From assembly GCA_004431415.1 (NCBI GenBank), contig QPMI01000680.1, positions 1-52,020 on the forward strand: a DNA stretch of 52,020 nucleotides, given 5' to 3'. The stretch is from Cyanophora paradoxa CCMP329 (Eukaryota > Plantae > Glaucophyta). The notes under the pieces are model-generated. The model searched no databases. It saw only the letters and a program-made list of their open reading frames with translations, and was not told the origin of the DNA. Shown here one piece after another: positions 11,891 to 23,100 of the stretch. Numbering within the stretch: the stretch's first letter is position 1; every line of letters begins with the position of its first letter. The position numbers and the translations under genes are program-made.

Positions 11891-12617
11891 ATGGCGTCGC
11901 CCGGCGGGCCCAGCGCAAGCAGCTCTGAGTCAGTAGGTACGTCCCGGAACCGCCCCTCGGACCTGCCTGGGCGCGCTTTCTTCCGATCCTTCTAAAAAGC
12001 GTGTTTTCGGAGCGAAATTTTGGCACTATGTTCACTATGCCCGCCGGCCGTGGGCTCGGATCTGGCCGGGGCCTTTTTCAAGCGATCGCCGGCGCCGCGT
12101 CCGTCGTCCGACGGTTCGCGCTGGCGATCGCCCCGGAGTACTCGGTACCAGGGCCTAGCGATCGCCGGAGCGATGAGAAGGCTCTCTGACCGGCGATCGC
12201 TTGCGCAGGAGCTGCTTCAAGTTCGTCGCACCAGCCAACGCCAACGCCTGCAGTGCGTGCCCGCCTCCCGTAGCGCTGCGAGCTTGCTCGCATAGAGATT
12301 CTCTATTCAATTGGATCGCTAGATCTGCCCCGCGCATAGAGCCTTCTCATTGCTCGGCGATCGCTTTGTGTTCGGCGCCATACCCAGCGAGTCCGACCTC
12401 TAACAAAGAGCTGCTGGGCCGGCGATCGCTTCTGGGTTCTCAGTTCTAACGGTCGCCGCGGGCTTGACGTCCACCGCCTTCTCATTGGCCAAGCGATCGC
12501 TGCTTTTCGGTGTCTTATGCCCGACTGCGCAGCATGTCGACCCCAGGAGCACACTCTTTGGGGAGGAAGAGATGGAGTGGACCTCCAGCTCATCTCCCAA
12601 CCCCCTTCTGGCGGGCC
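11891..12617 (+). pseudogene. 3'-truncated copy of the array gene at the array boundary
   Basis: Near-identical to 6661-7387, then joined to unrelated sequence just before the Pro-rich minisatellite. Confidence 0.75.
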
Positions 12618-14139
12618 CCGTGATCATGAGGACCCGGAGAATCGAGGGTGGCCGCGGGGCAAGAGGCACTACTGTTTAAGGCGACTCTAGATCTGTCCAG
12701 TGTGTAAGGCGACGCCGTGCGGGAGGAACGCCCCGCGGAAGATCTCGCTCGCGAAAAAGATCCACTCGCCGTACGCGTCCTCGTACACCTTGCAACTGGA
12801 GGTGGGCCGGGGGTCGTAGGCCAGAGGCGATGCTCCGGATCCGGATTTAGTTTCGTGTTCTCCGAATCGAAATTAACCTGCAGCTGCGCATGCGGAGAAA
12901 ATCCTGCGCATGCAACCGAGGCCCCCACACTGTATCCGACATGAGCCTGCGCGGGATTGTAAGGCGGCGCGGGCGGCCCTAGGCCTAGCGCAGCAGCGGC
13001 GGGCCTCGAGGGAGCGGAGGCTCAGCTCGGGGGCTCGGGGGCCAGCGCCGGGACGGCGGCGAAGGTGTCGGAGCAGAGCCGGAGCTCGCCCTTGGCCCCG
13101 GGGAAGAGAGAGGAGGCGGAGATCTAGAGACAGAAGGGATGGTCAGCATGGCCGGGGAGGGCCGGGCGGCGATCGCAAGGAAGCGGGTGCCATGCTTTAC
13201 TTTGGAGCCTCCATGACCTCCACGTCGCGGAGGCGCCCGGCCTCGCCCCTGCCGGGGCTCCCCTCCAGCCAGTGCTCTGCAGTGTTAATTCGGGATCTTT
13301 GAAAGGGCGCCGGCGCGCGGAATTTGCAGAAGAATGGCGCTAGCGTTAGCGCTCCGGTTGCGAGAACCGACGTTGACGCATTTGAAAGGAAAGAAGAAAG
13401 TCCACTTTGGAATCGGTTGTTAGAGTAAATACACGTTGACGTGCAAGCGCCCTAGTAGTTCGCCTCAGCGAATATCTGGCTTCGATCCTATAGCTAGTGA
13501 TTTGTACACACTGCATGCGCACACACGTACAGCCTCCCGTTCCACGCGCTATATGAAATTTAAAGGGACTGCACAGCTAGTAGTCGCGTCGAGCTGCAGC
13601 TGGTGCCTTCACTTAGCTGTAGGGCGTCGAGTCGTCTGCATGCGCAGAACACGAACATGAACATGAACTTAGTCATATCGTATCACGGATTGTGAACGTA
13701 CACCGTACGTGCGCGTGTCCGCGAGAAAATATTAATACTCACTATGGCTAGCTCTAGCTGTAGATTTGCATGTAGAGGCGTGGCCTGGCGTGCTAGCTCG
13801 TCTTTGATTTTCTAAATTGGGCCATCGCCTTCAACCCCCCCGCCCCCCCCCCCCCCCTCCCCGGGGGTTCCGAAAAACCAGGATCAATATCCAGCCAATC
13901 CGAAAACAGATAATATATGAAGGACTTACAGCCGTGCAGCTATTGAAAGCGTTTTGCGATATAATTATAAAGCGTACACAATTTAGTATTTGAAAAATTC
14001 GAAGGCTAGCGACTGGCCATGGAAGCGAACGCACACGTGCACTGTACAGCTGCTGCAGGGTTCGAATTTCGAAGGTACGCTCCGCGGTACATGTGTAGGC
14101 ATGCGCAGGCCCCTAGATGTGCAGAGTGCACGTGGAAGC

Positions 14140-16037
14140 TTAAGCGCAGTACGTATACGTCGCAGCGACGGAAGCCGCCGCGAAAAGTCCGGTGATCAGC
14201 CGCGAGGCGGCGGCGCCGACGATGGCGGCTGAGATGAACGGAATGTAAACCACGCCCGCGGCCGCAGCTGTGGGAGTCCATGTGAAGGCCTGCGAAACGA
14301 CAAGCGATTCCGGTTTCAGCCCGAGGTATTCTTAAGCTTTGTATCGAACGGAAATTCAAAAAGGCGAAACACACGTTCAGCAACGTGAAATCCGCCTGCG
14401 TTAAAACATTGGTCTCGTCAGCATTTGTGCAACTACTAATGGTACAATCTTATAATTAAGTACATGTACAGGAATCGGATATCGACGACGCACGAAAATG
14501 CCGATGGGGCTGCTGAACCGAAGGGTGTAGCTCGTGCTTGGAGTAAAAGCATCCGCAGGCTGCAGCATGTGACCCATGATCAGCATGTGAATAAAAATTG
14601 ATTTTCATTCAAATCCGCAATATATATATAATGCTTTCGAATTCCCATTCACGCACCGCCAGCACAGAGCGCTTTGCACTGCGTCCGTTATTCACGTTGA
14701 CGTTAACATTGCATGCCGAGACAGATGGTATGCCTGCACGCGAACGTGCCACTGTCACGCGTACGACCCCCTCGCGCGCGTCGATGTCTTGCGGCGCAAC
14801 GCACGGAACGTAATTAGAGTCGAGCTGACGATCGTGCCGTTGATGGCCTTGCACTCGCGATTGTTGGTTCCGGATCCGGACACGATGAACACGTCGATGC
14901 TCGCAGGATGGGGACCGGGAAGTTCTGCGAAATCAATCACGTGTGACTGCTTGAACGTGAAAAATATATAAAGAAACAATCATGCATGTATGGGGATTCG
15001 TTTTCAAAAATCGAGCTCACCTCTCCCGTGACACTAACCTCGCCGCCACCCGCCTGAGGGGCACGAACAACGGGCGTCCTGACGTCCGCCGTGTTGGTGA
15101 CGGGGTCGAAGGCGAGGTTGAAGCTCGCGCCAATGCCCTGCACGACGATCCTGGTGATGTTCTGCGCACGCGCAGGAGGTCAGAGGCAGCGCCGCCAGGA
15201 GAACTTCAGTTTCTAGTCAGCTGCGCGTGCGGTTTGGAGCGCGCACCAAACGCGGCGGCTTGGGCGTGGCCGTTGGCGAAGGGGAGGGGCTCGGGGAAGG
15301 AGTGGCCGCGGCCGTGGCGGACGGCGATGTCGCAGGCGTCGGGGACGGAGTCGTCAGGGCCGCCGGGGAAGGCGTCGCCGAAGGGCTGGGCGTCGACGAG
15401 GGGCTGGGGCTGGCCGACGGCGTCGCGCTCGGGCTCGGGCTGGGCGAAGGCGTCGGGGGGTCCGCGCAGGCGCCGTTGACGACCGTTTTGCCCGCCGCGC
15501 AACAGAAGTTGGAGACGTTGACGAGGGGCGGCTGGCAGATGCACACGGGGCGCATCGCCGCGAACCAGTAGCCCGCGGGATCGGAGGCGACGAAGCGGTC
15601 GCGCTCTGGGAAGCAAGCCGCCGGGCGCGAGTTGACGTTTTCAAGGGTATCGAATGCCGAATCCCATTTTGGTTTGCCGAGTGCATCTGGGTTATCATAC
15701 GGACTGACGTCGCTGTCGATTGCATTTGTGCAGTTGTACGTAGTGAGAATCTCCTGCCCGGCGGTGCAATTTGTTTTGATGCAGTAGCTCTCGCCATCGA
15801 ACTGCTGCACCATGCCCCGGCATCGACGCAGTCGAGGGATGAACACTGTAAGCAGTCCGTCGTATCGCCTGGGTTGATGATGATGGAGCGGTCGTATTCC
15901 GCGCATTGTGAGCACTTGCCGAAGACCGGCGCCGGAGCAAACGCCGCCACGTATACGACGATGATGGACACTGAGAGCTCGAGCGCCCGCCGCAGCTGAA
16001 CCGAGGCCCGCGCCACCGGCCGCGCGCGCCGTCCCAT
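14140..16037 (-). CDS. Putative cell-surface glycoprotein: signal peptide, Cys-rich domain, Ser/Pro/Thr stalk, IPT/TIG-like segment, hydrophobic C-terminal tail
   Basis: MGRRARPV...[20 protein letters not shown]|KCSQCAEY, then a Cys-rich region, then (SP/TP)n. Spliced exons NITRIVVQG..., [37 protein letters not shown], and a last exon [49 protein letters not shown]. Frameshifts near 15820 and 14805 are either errors or decay. Confidence 0.7.
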
Positions 16038-16509
16038 CGCTGAGATTCGAGTCGAGGAGAAGCTGCAGCTGATCAATATCGATATCGACCAATATGGTCT
16101 CTAATACTCTCTACTATAATTATGGAGAAGTCATTGCTAGTCAAGCTTAAGCCTTTTTCGCTCATGAACGGCGGACTCGCCGAGTCGGGAGGTCGAAGGC
16201 CGCTGCGACCCTGTGCCGCAGTGCGGGCCTGCAGCTGCGGCCGCTGCGGCGAATCATTGAATTGGCCGGGCAACGTTGACGTGCCAACGTTCAACGGTCA
16301 CCGGGTTAACTTGCCGAATTGGCAATTCTTAACACCTCGGAGACTCGAGCTCGGATCCCGGAGTCTAACTTCTCCCGATCGATACTAGTATATCATCCCA
16401 TGATGATCAGCCCAACCCCCTTATGTGCGCGATTCGTGCCTTCTCCCGATCAGCCCTAACTTAGTGAGTCAATGAGTAGGCTAGTAGCCTACCGCCAGTG
16501 GTCCGCCAC

Positions 16510-16901
16510 TAGGGTTGCCGTGTCAATTGACATGTCAGTCTACCCTGTGGACATTGACATCGGACATTTGACATGTCAACCGACATGTCAATTGACATTG
16601 ATTATTATATTATATTATATTATATTATATTCCAAAAGTGAGGCGGCGGGGCAGCTTGGGCGAGGTCCTCAGCGCCTCCCCGCTGCCCTCTGCCTCCTTC
16701 CTAACATCAGAAACGTGCTGCTAACGCTTGCAGAGTGCTGCTTACATGTTTTAATCATGATTTGCATGCGTTTTGGCTTGTTTGGAGGGGTATCCCCCCC
16801 AATGTCAATGGACATGTCAACCCGGACCCGTGGACATTGACATGACATGTCAACTGACATTGACATGTCAATGTCAATTGACATCGGACACGGCAACCCT
16901 A
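16510..16901. mobile_element. hAT-type MITE A (392 bp)
   Basis: 15-bp TIR TAGGGTTGCCGTGTC / GACACGGCAACCCTA. Perfect 8-bp TSD TCCGCCAC (16502-16509, 16902-16909). Dense subterminal TGACAT/ATGTCA repeats. Confidence 0.93.
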
Positions 16902-16949
16902 TCCGCCACTGGTCCGCCAGGCTACCGGTACGGCGGTACTAGTAGTAGG

Positions 16950-17292
16950 TAGAGGTGGGGCTCGAGCGCAAATCGGCGGCTCGAGCCGGGCTCGAGCCGA
17001 CACCCCTCGAGCCGCGGGCCGGCTCGAGCCGGCCCGAGGTCGGGGGTACACAGTCCTCGCCTTATATAATATTCGATATATATAACAAAAACCTATATAC
17101 AATAGCTAGCCGGCTCGCCGGCTCGCCGGCTCGCCCATAACAAAACCCGACCTGGCTCGAGCCAGCCGCGCCATACCCCTCGAGCCGGCTTGCTCGAGCC
17201 GGCCCGCGTGGCCAGAGGTCCGGCTCGAGCCGGCCGGCCCCTCGGCCCGGCCCGGCCCGGCTCGAGCCAGCCCGGCTCGAGCCCCACCTCTA
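16950..17292. mobile_element. hAT-type MITE B (343 bp)
   Basis: TIR TAGAGGTGGGGCTCGAG / CTCGAGCCCCACCTCTA. 8-bp flanks GTAGTAGG / CTAGTAGG (7/8 match). Subterminal GGCTCGAGCC palindromes and an AT-rich core. Confidence 0.88.
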
Positions 17293-17643
17293 CTAGTAGG
17301 AAAGTCTGGACTCCGGCCCTGGAGGCTGGAGGCTGGAGCCCGGTACTGTGCGCCAGTACGTGTGCGGTCACACACCGGGTGTACGCGTGTACGGTACCCA
17401 GTGTACTACCCACATCTCGGGCCACATCCTCGGCCCACATGTCCTACGGTACTGATCATGAGCCATATGCATGTTGTATATATACTATATGTATGACGAT
17501 TTTTAGACTCTGGAATTCGAATCTTTTTTTTAATCATAAATCCGGAACCTTGACTTTTCGAGCTGGATGGAATCGCCGCTGCATGCGCAGCTGGATCCGG
17601 AATTCGAAATTGCCTGGAATTTTGATACTGTACTAGTACTACT

Positions 17644-18292
17644 CAGTGCTGTCATTATAATGTACGTTTATAATTAATGACATTATTTAATGCCCATGAA
17701 GTACATTAATTATAAACCGGCGTAAATAATGGACATTATTTAATGTGGGGGGGTATTTTTGGCGCGAAGTTGATCTCTGACCTTCTAACAGCTTAACAGA
17801 GCCGCCGGAACGCTTTAAATCACTGTCGGAGTGGTTCTCGCTGCCTTGGAGAGGTCGACGTGTTGGAGGGGGGGTATACGTACATCGACCCCATCCCTTG
17901 GGCGTGGCGGAGCTGAAGGGGGGCGCACGATCAACGCTCAAACGTTCTATATAAGCGATAAACACTTCCTTGAAACTTAGGAAGGCTTTACAAGCTTACA
18001 AGCAACTTAGGAAGGCTTAGTTGAGGTGCTAGCTGGATGAGTCTCAGTGAGGCCTTCCTGCAGCTGGGGCCCGGGGCTCCAGGCCTAGGCCATCTCCAGC
18101 CTGCCAGGAGGGTCATAAACGACTAGGGACATGCTCTTGCGCCGTTTAGATAGTGTTCGCAGCGCCAAAGACGAGCGGAAAGTGCGTTTAAACGTAATTA
18201 ATGAGTATTTAATATAATAATACATTATAATACATTATAATGCCTCATTAAATAATGCCCGACCTCCCGTGTCCATTATAATGACAGCACTG
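17644..18292. mobile_element. hAT-type MITE C (649 bp)
   Basis: 19-bp TIR CAGTGCTGTCATTATAATG / CATTATAATGACAGCACTG. The left 8-mer GTACTACT recurs at 18301-18308 after an 8-bp spacer. Subterminal CATTA/TAATG repeats. Confidence 0.85.
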
Positions 18293-19205
18293 GTACAGTG
18301 GTACTACTACTGCTAGTATGATATTACGGCATGATACTGTACTAGTACTACTAGTATGATACGAATCGACTTTTTTTCATGGATTCCACCTTTTAACTTG
18401 CCAAGTTGCCAAAAAACAAAACAGTGAAGAAGCCTTTGAAGTCTTTGCAATTGTTTTTTGAACGATTCGAGCCCGATCGCGACGTCCAACGTCGTCCATG
18501 ATGACGCCGCATGACGGACCATTGACGGTCCATGACGGTCGATGATCGATTGAACTCATTGGAGTTCTGCGCATGCTCGTGAGCAGGGCTGTCAACATTT
18601 TACGCCCCCAAAATGGACCAGAAAATTTTGAGGAATATTCCGGGAACGCTGCGAACGCGTTGCGCATGCGCGCCGTAGACACACGTTCAAAGCTGCGAAG
18701 CACTAAGATAACATCACAATAAGCATTCTGAGAGACGTACGGCATATAGTCTTTTGGAGCTTTGAAACCGAAATGCAAGGCCCTTGGTGGGGTCAGATGG
18801 GGGGGGGGGGGGGGGGCGCAGCCGCGCAGTATACATTCGAATTCCCCCTGCAAATGTTTTTTAAACGGCCGCGGGAGTCGCGGCGGGAGTCGCGGGACCC
18901 GAAAGTTTTCCCAAAATTTTCTAATATTTAATATTCCGGGAACGTTCCAGGCTGATCCCGGAATATTCCGGCTGACAGGCAGTGACAGGATGCACTGACA
19001 GCCCTCGTGACTCAGAGTCGTGAGTCGTGAGTCGTGTGACCGTCGGACGGCTCGTTCTTCATCTTCTAACTTGAACGGATCCGGAGCCAGTTCAGATCAT
19101 GTGCCGTCGACGTCGAGGGTCGAATTCGGAAGCCTCGAAGGCTCGAAGTCGATTTGCGCGCGCCATCGGCGAGTCACGCGCGAGCCTGCAGGCCTGAGGC
19201 TGCGG

Positions 19206-19432
19206 CGAATCGCCGCCGACTCGCCGCCGACTCGCCGCCGAGTCGCCGGCGACCGTCGGACTCGCCGGCGACTCGGCGCCGAGTAGTGCTGGGTTCATCA
19301 GTCAGGGTCCCCCCCTGAGTCGGCGGTACCCCTGACCCAGTCGCTCAGACCCCCAGTCGCTGTGACTGAATCAGTCAACCCGAGGTTCAGCGGCGACTCG
19401 GCGCCGAGTCGGCGGCGAGTCGGCGGCGACTC
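19206..19432. repeat. Fold-back built from 11-bp GACTCGCCGCC units, interrupted by a one-ended MITE D relative
   Basis: The ~42-bp arms 19206-19247 and 19391-19432 are near-perfect reverse complements. Confidence 0.8.
19284..19390 (+). mobile_element. Left-end fragment of a MITE D-related hAT element
   Basis: Begins TAGTGCTG and shares CTGTGACTGAATCAGTCAACCCGAGGTTCAG with 27803-27833. No right TIR. Flanked by the 18-bp direct repeat CGGCGACTCGGCGCCGAG. Confidence 0.8.
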
Positions 19433-20141
19433 GGCGCGCGGCGACTCGCTGCCAGTCGCTGGCGCCGGCGAGCGCCGCGGCGCGCGCCTGCGCCCGCGGC
19501 CGATCGCGATCGGGGCCATCATCAATGACTTCGGAAAATTCATCATGATCATCGAGTCATCAGGCTCGCCGAGTCGGGACTCGGGAACTCGGAAAGCCTC
19601 GGATCATTATGGCATGATCAACGCCGCGGCGGCAGCTCCCAACTTTTAGACTCCCAACTTGACTCAGTGAGTCCCAAGCCTTGAAGTCCCCGGGCCCGAC
19701 TCCGGCGGAGTCCGGCCCCCCCGCGGCCGACTAGCTCCCAGAGACCCGAGTCCCGAGTCCCGAGTCCCGACTCCCGACTCCCGACCACAACTATCCGTAC
19801 CGTATACGTAGTACCGACTCAAGCCCCTTGCGATAAATTGCCGAATCCAGATTCTGCTCTATCATCAGCCTCTATGCATATGGCGAGCCAAGGAAACACT
19901 GACCCCCCAAGCAATTGCCGTGGTGCTAAATTGCCGAATTCGGTCTCTCGGCAATTTACGGTAATTTAAAACTCCGGCTAAAAAAGCCGTCCGATCCTAG
20001 CTGTTCCCTCAGTGACTCCCGTTGTGGCGAATCACCGGTACGGTCAACTGTAAACAGTACTTCCTCGCATTCACCGTACGCGTGATCCCCCCACATCGGG
20101 GCGGCGGGCCGGGGGCGGGGCGCCGGCAAAGGCGGGGGCGT

Positions 20142-23100
20142 CTACGGGCGCTGGAGGTCGTGGAGGAGGTCGAGGAGGGCGGCGGAGGACCACGCCTGCG
20201 TCGGGCACGCCGCCCCGCACTCCGCACCCTCCCCGTTCGTCACCTGCAGCGCCGTCAGCCTTGGGCGCGGGCGGGCGCGGGTGGGGGCGGGGTCGGGCGG
20301 GCGGGCCTCGGGGAGGCCGAAGTAGGGCCCGCGCTCGACGGCGGCGCGGTGCGGCGCGACGGCCGCCAGCGCCTCCTCCCGCCCCACCACCCTGCGAGGG
20401 CCCCGGCGTCAGCGGAGGAAGCGGAGGAAGCGTTGAGGGCGGGGGCGGGGGGCACCCGAAGGCGAGGGCGGCGCGGAGGAAGTAGCCGGAGAGCCAGACC
20501 CACTCGGGCCCCTGGTGGTAGTTGAAGCCCCGCGCCGTCCCGTACTCCGAAGAGTCCGCCTGGGGGCGAGGACGTCAGGAAGAAGCCTAAGGGGCGGAAG
20601 ATTGCGGGCTCGCCTGGGGGTCGTAGTTGGGGCGGTACTGCATGTCGCCGGGGTCGAGGGAGCGCATGCCGAGGGGCCCCAGGAGGTGCTCCCGCATGAG
20701 CGCCAGGCAGCCGGCGGCCCGGCGCCGGTCGAAGAGCTCGGGGGCGACCACCATCGCCACCGCCGCGTTCGGCCGCAGCGCGTAGTCCGGCCACCGCTCG
20801 AACGACCCGAACGTGTCCTGCCGCCCCCGCCCCCGGTCAGGCCTCAGAGGCCCGGGCCCAGAGGCTCAGAGCACGGCAGCACCTTGTAGATGCCGCGGCG
20901 GTTGACGAACTGCTTCTCGAGGAGGTACCCCCCGTCCTCAGCCTCGTTCTGGGGGATGTAGAACGCCTTCTCGAAGCTCGCCTGCGGCCGCGCCGGCGTC
21001 AGGGGAGGGGAGGGGGATCCCGGCGAGGGGGGTACAGGGGCTCGCCTGGAGCCGGTCCTGCCAGTCGGCGTAGGCGAAGAGGCGGCCCTCGCTCTGGAGC
21101 CAGGCGCCGGGGTACGGGAACTTGCCGGCCTTGTGGAGGGCGGTGACCCAGCGGAGGGCCGACTTGACGAGGCCGACGATCTCGACGGCCGCCCCGTCGC
21201 GCGGCGTCGCCGGCTTCCCGTGGTTCCCAGCCTGCGCGCAGGGCTCAGCTCCGGCGAGAGAAAGGGAGGAAGGAGCGAGGGGGGCGACTGCGGGCACCTG
21301 CTGGGACTCGCCGACCTTGTCCATCCAGGTGCCGGCGTTGGCGGTGTTGCCGCCGTACACGATCCCCGTCGCCAGGTCGATCGTCACGTCCACGTTGAAT
21401 GCGTTGTCCTGCAGCTTCGGGTCCACCCGCGGCGCCTCCCACTGCGCGCCCCCGTCAGCAGAAGCGGGAGGAAGCGGGGGGGCGGGCGGGCGGGCGGGCG
21501 CGCCTCGCGGAAGTGGATGCCGTTGGCGTGCGACTCGAGGACCTCCTGCACGAGGCTCGCCACCGTGTGGCTCTTCTCCCCCGGCCGCTGCTGCGCGTCC
21601 GCCGCGCCGAAGGTCTTCCGCCGCTCCGCGAGCGCCGCCGCGTCGCAGTCGAAGAGCCGCTCGACGCGCTCCGCGAGGATCGCCTCGCCGTTGGGCGCCA
21701 TCGCGCAGTACTCCTGCACCGCCTGGAGCCACCACCAGCAGGCGTCGCGCGAGTTGTAGCGCGGCGCCCGCCCCCCGTCGAGGAGGTTCGGGATGAGGCC
21801 GTGGCGCAGGGCGGCGCCGAAGGCGAGGATGAGGTCGCGGGCCTCCCGGAAGCGGCCCGTGACGAGGAGGAGGCCGCGGAGGGCGACGAAGGTGTCCCGG
21901 CCCCACGCGCGGAACGCCCCCGTCGCGAAGTGCGGGAGCCCCGCCGCCAGCGTCGCCGACTTGGGGCGGTCCGGCGACGCCGGGCTGCTCGGCACCACCC
22001 CGTAGAGCTGCGGGGGCCGGGCGGCTCAGCGAGGCGGGGCGGCCGGCTGGGCCGGCTCGGCAGGGCGGGCCTGGACGGAGGTCATGGCGAGGCGCTGGAC
22101 GAGGTCGGACCCGCCGGCGACGAAGGGGCCCATGAGCGCGTGGCAGCGCTCCAGCGCCCGGTAGTAGAAGATCCGCACGACCTGGGGCGGGGCGGAGGCC
22201 CGGGGCCCGTCAGCGAAGCCGAGGGAGGAAGGGGCCGGGCGGAGCAAAGCAAAGCGGACCGTGTCGAAGTAGGGGGCGACGAGGTAGCGGGGGAGGGCCT
22301 TGATGTGCGCCAGCTTCCCCTCGAACCACGCCGCCGTCCCCGCCAGCCCCGTCTGGCGGGAGACGTCAAGGCGGGAGGGGGAGGGAGGGGCGGGAGGGAG
22401 GGGCGGACGGCCTTGAGGCGGCCGGCGAGGTACTCGAGGGCCCAGTCGCCGGCGCGCAGGTGCGCCACCAACGGGTGGTGCCGCGTCTTCCGCTCCGCCT
22501 CCGGCGTCTGCGCCGCGCGTGAGCTGGACGGACGTGGAACGAGGCAGGGGGCGGGGGGGCGGGCCGTCATGGAGGGCGGGGCGACGGCGGCGGAGCGGGC
22601 CTCGGTGCGCCCCAGGCGCGCCTCGTCCAGCATCGCCACGAAGCTCTGCGCCCGAAACGAGGCTTAGAGGGGGCTCCAAGAGGAGAGGAGAGGCCTAGGC
22701 GGGCGGGAGGGAGGGCGGGCCTGGAGGCCGTAGTAGGCGAGCTTGCCGTAGTCCGGCACGTCGTACGCGTCCCACCCGATCGTGTCCTTCTCCTCGGGCG
22801 CCGTCCTGGGGGGGGCCCAGAAGAAGGACGAGCGCTTAGAAAGAGCGAAGCAGACCAGGCGCGAGGGACGGGGGCGGACCGGAAGAGGACGACGTTCATG
22901 TCCTCGAGGGAGAGGGCGTTGAGCGCCGCCGCGAGCTCCGCGTCGTCCAGCGGCGCCAGCGAGCGCACCGCCGCCTGCGCCTCCGCCGGCAGCTTGACCC
23001 GCACGATGAGGAAGGAGCCGGCGGGGAGCTCGCGGATCTCCAGCGACTTGCCGTCCGCGCCGGGGGCGGCGAGCCCGAGGTAGTCGCTCTCCGAGGTCCG

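Larger units (their letters stand above)
1..12617 (+). repeat. Tandem array of a ~5.2 kb gene-containing unit, about 2.4 copies visible, running off the left window edge
   Basis: ACGAGAAACTCAGCCAAACGG recurs at 1, 5172 and 10403 (periods 5171 and 5231). Copies are near-identical apart from 1-bp indels and minisatellite length. Homology ends abruptly after ...CCCCTTCTGGCGGGCC at ~12617. Confidence 0.97.

Noticed and set aside
1-12617. rDNA array or LTR retrotransposon
   Set aside because: No rRNA motifs and no gag/RT/integrase motifs; the unit is a spliced protein gene.
18377-18853. 158-aa minus-strand ORF as a possible transposase
   Set aside because: No DDE, BED or hAT dimerisation motifs; crosses a poly-G tract in repeat debris.
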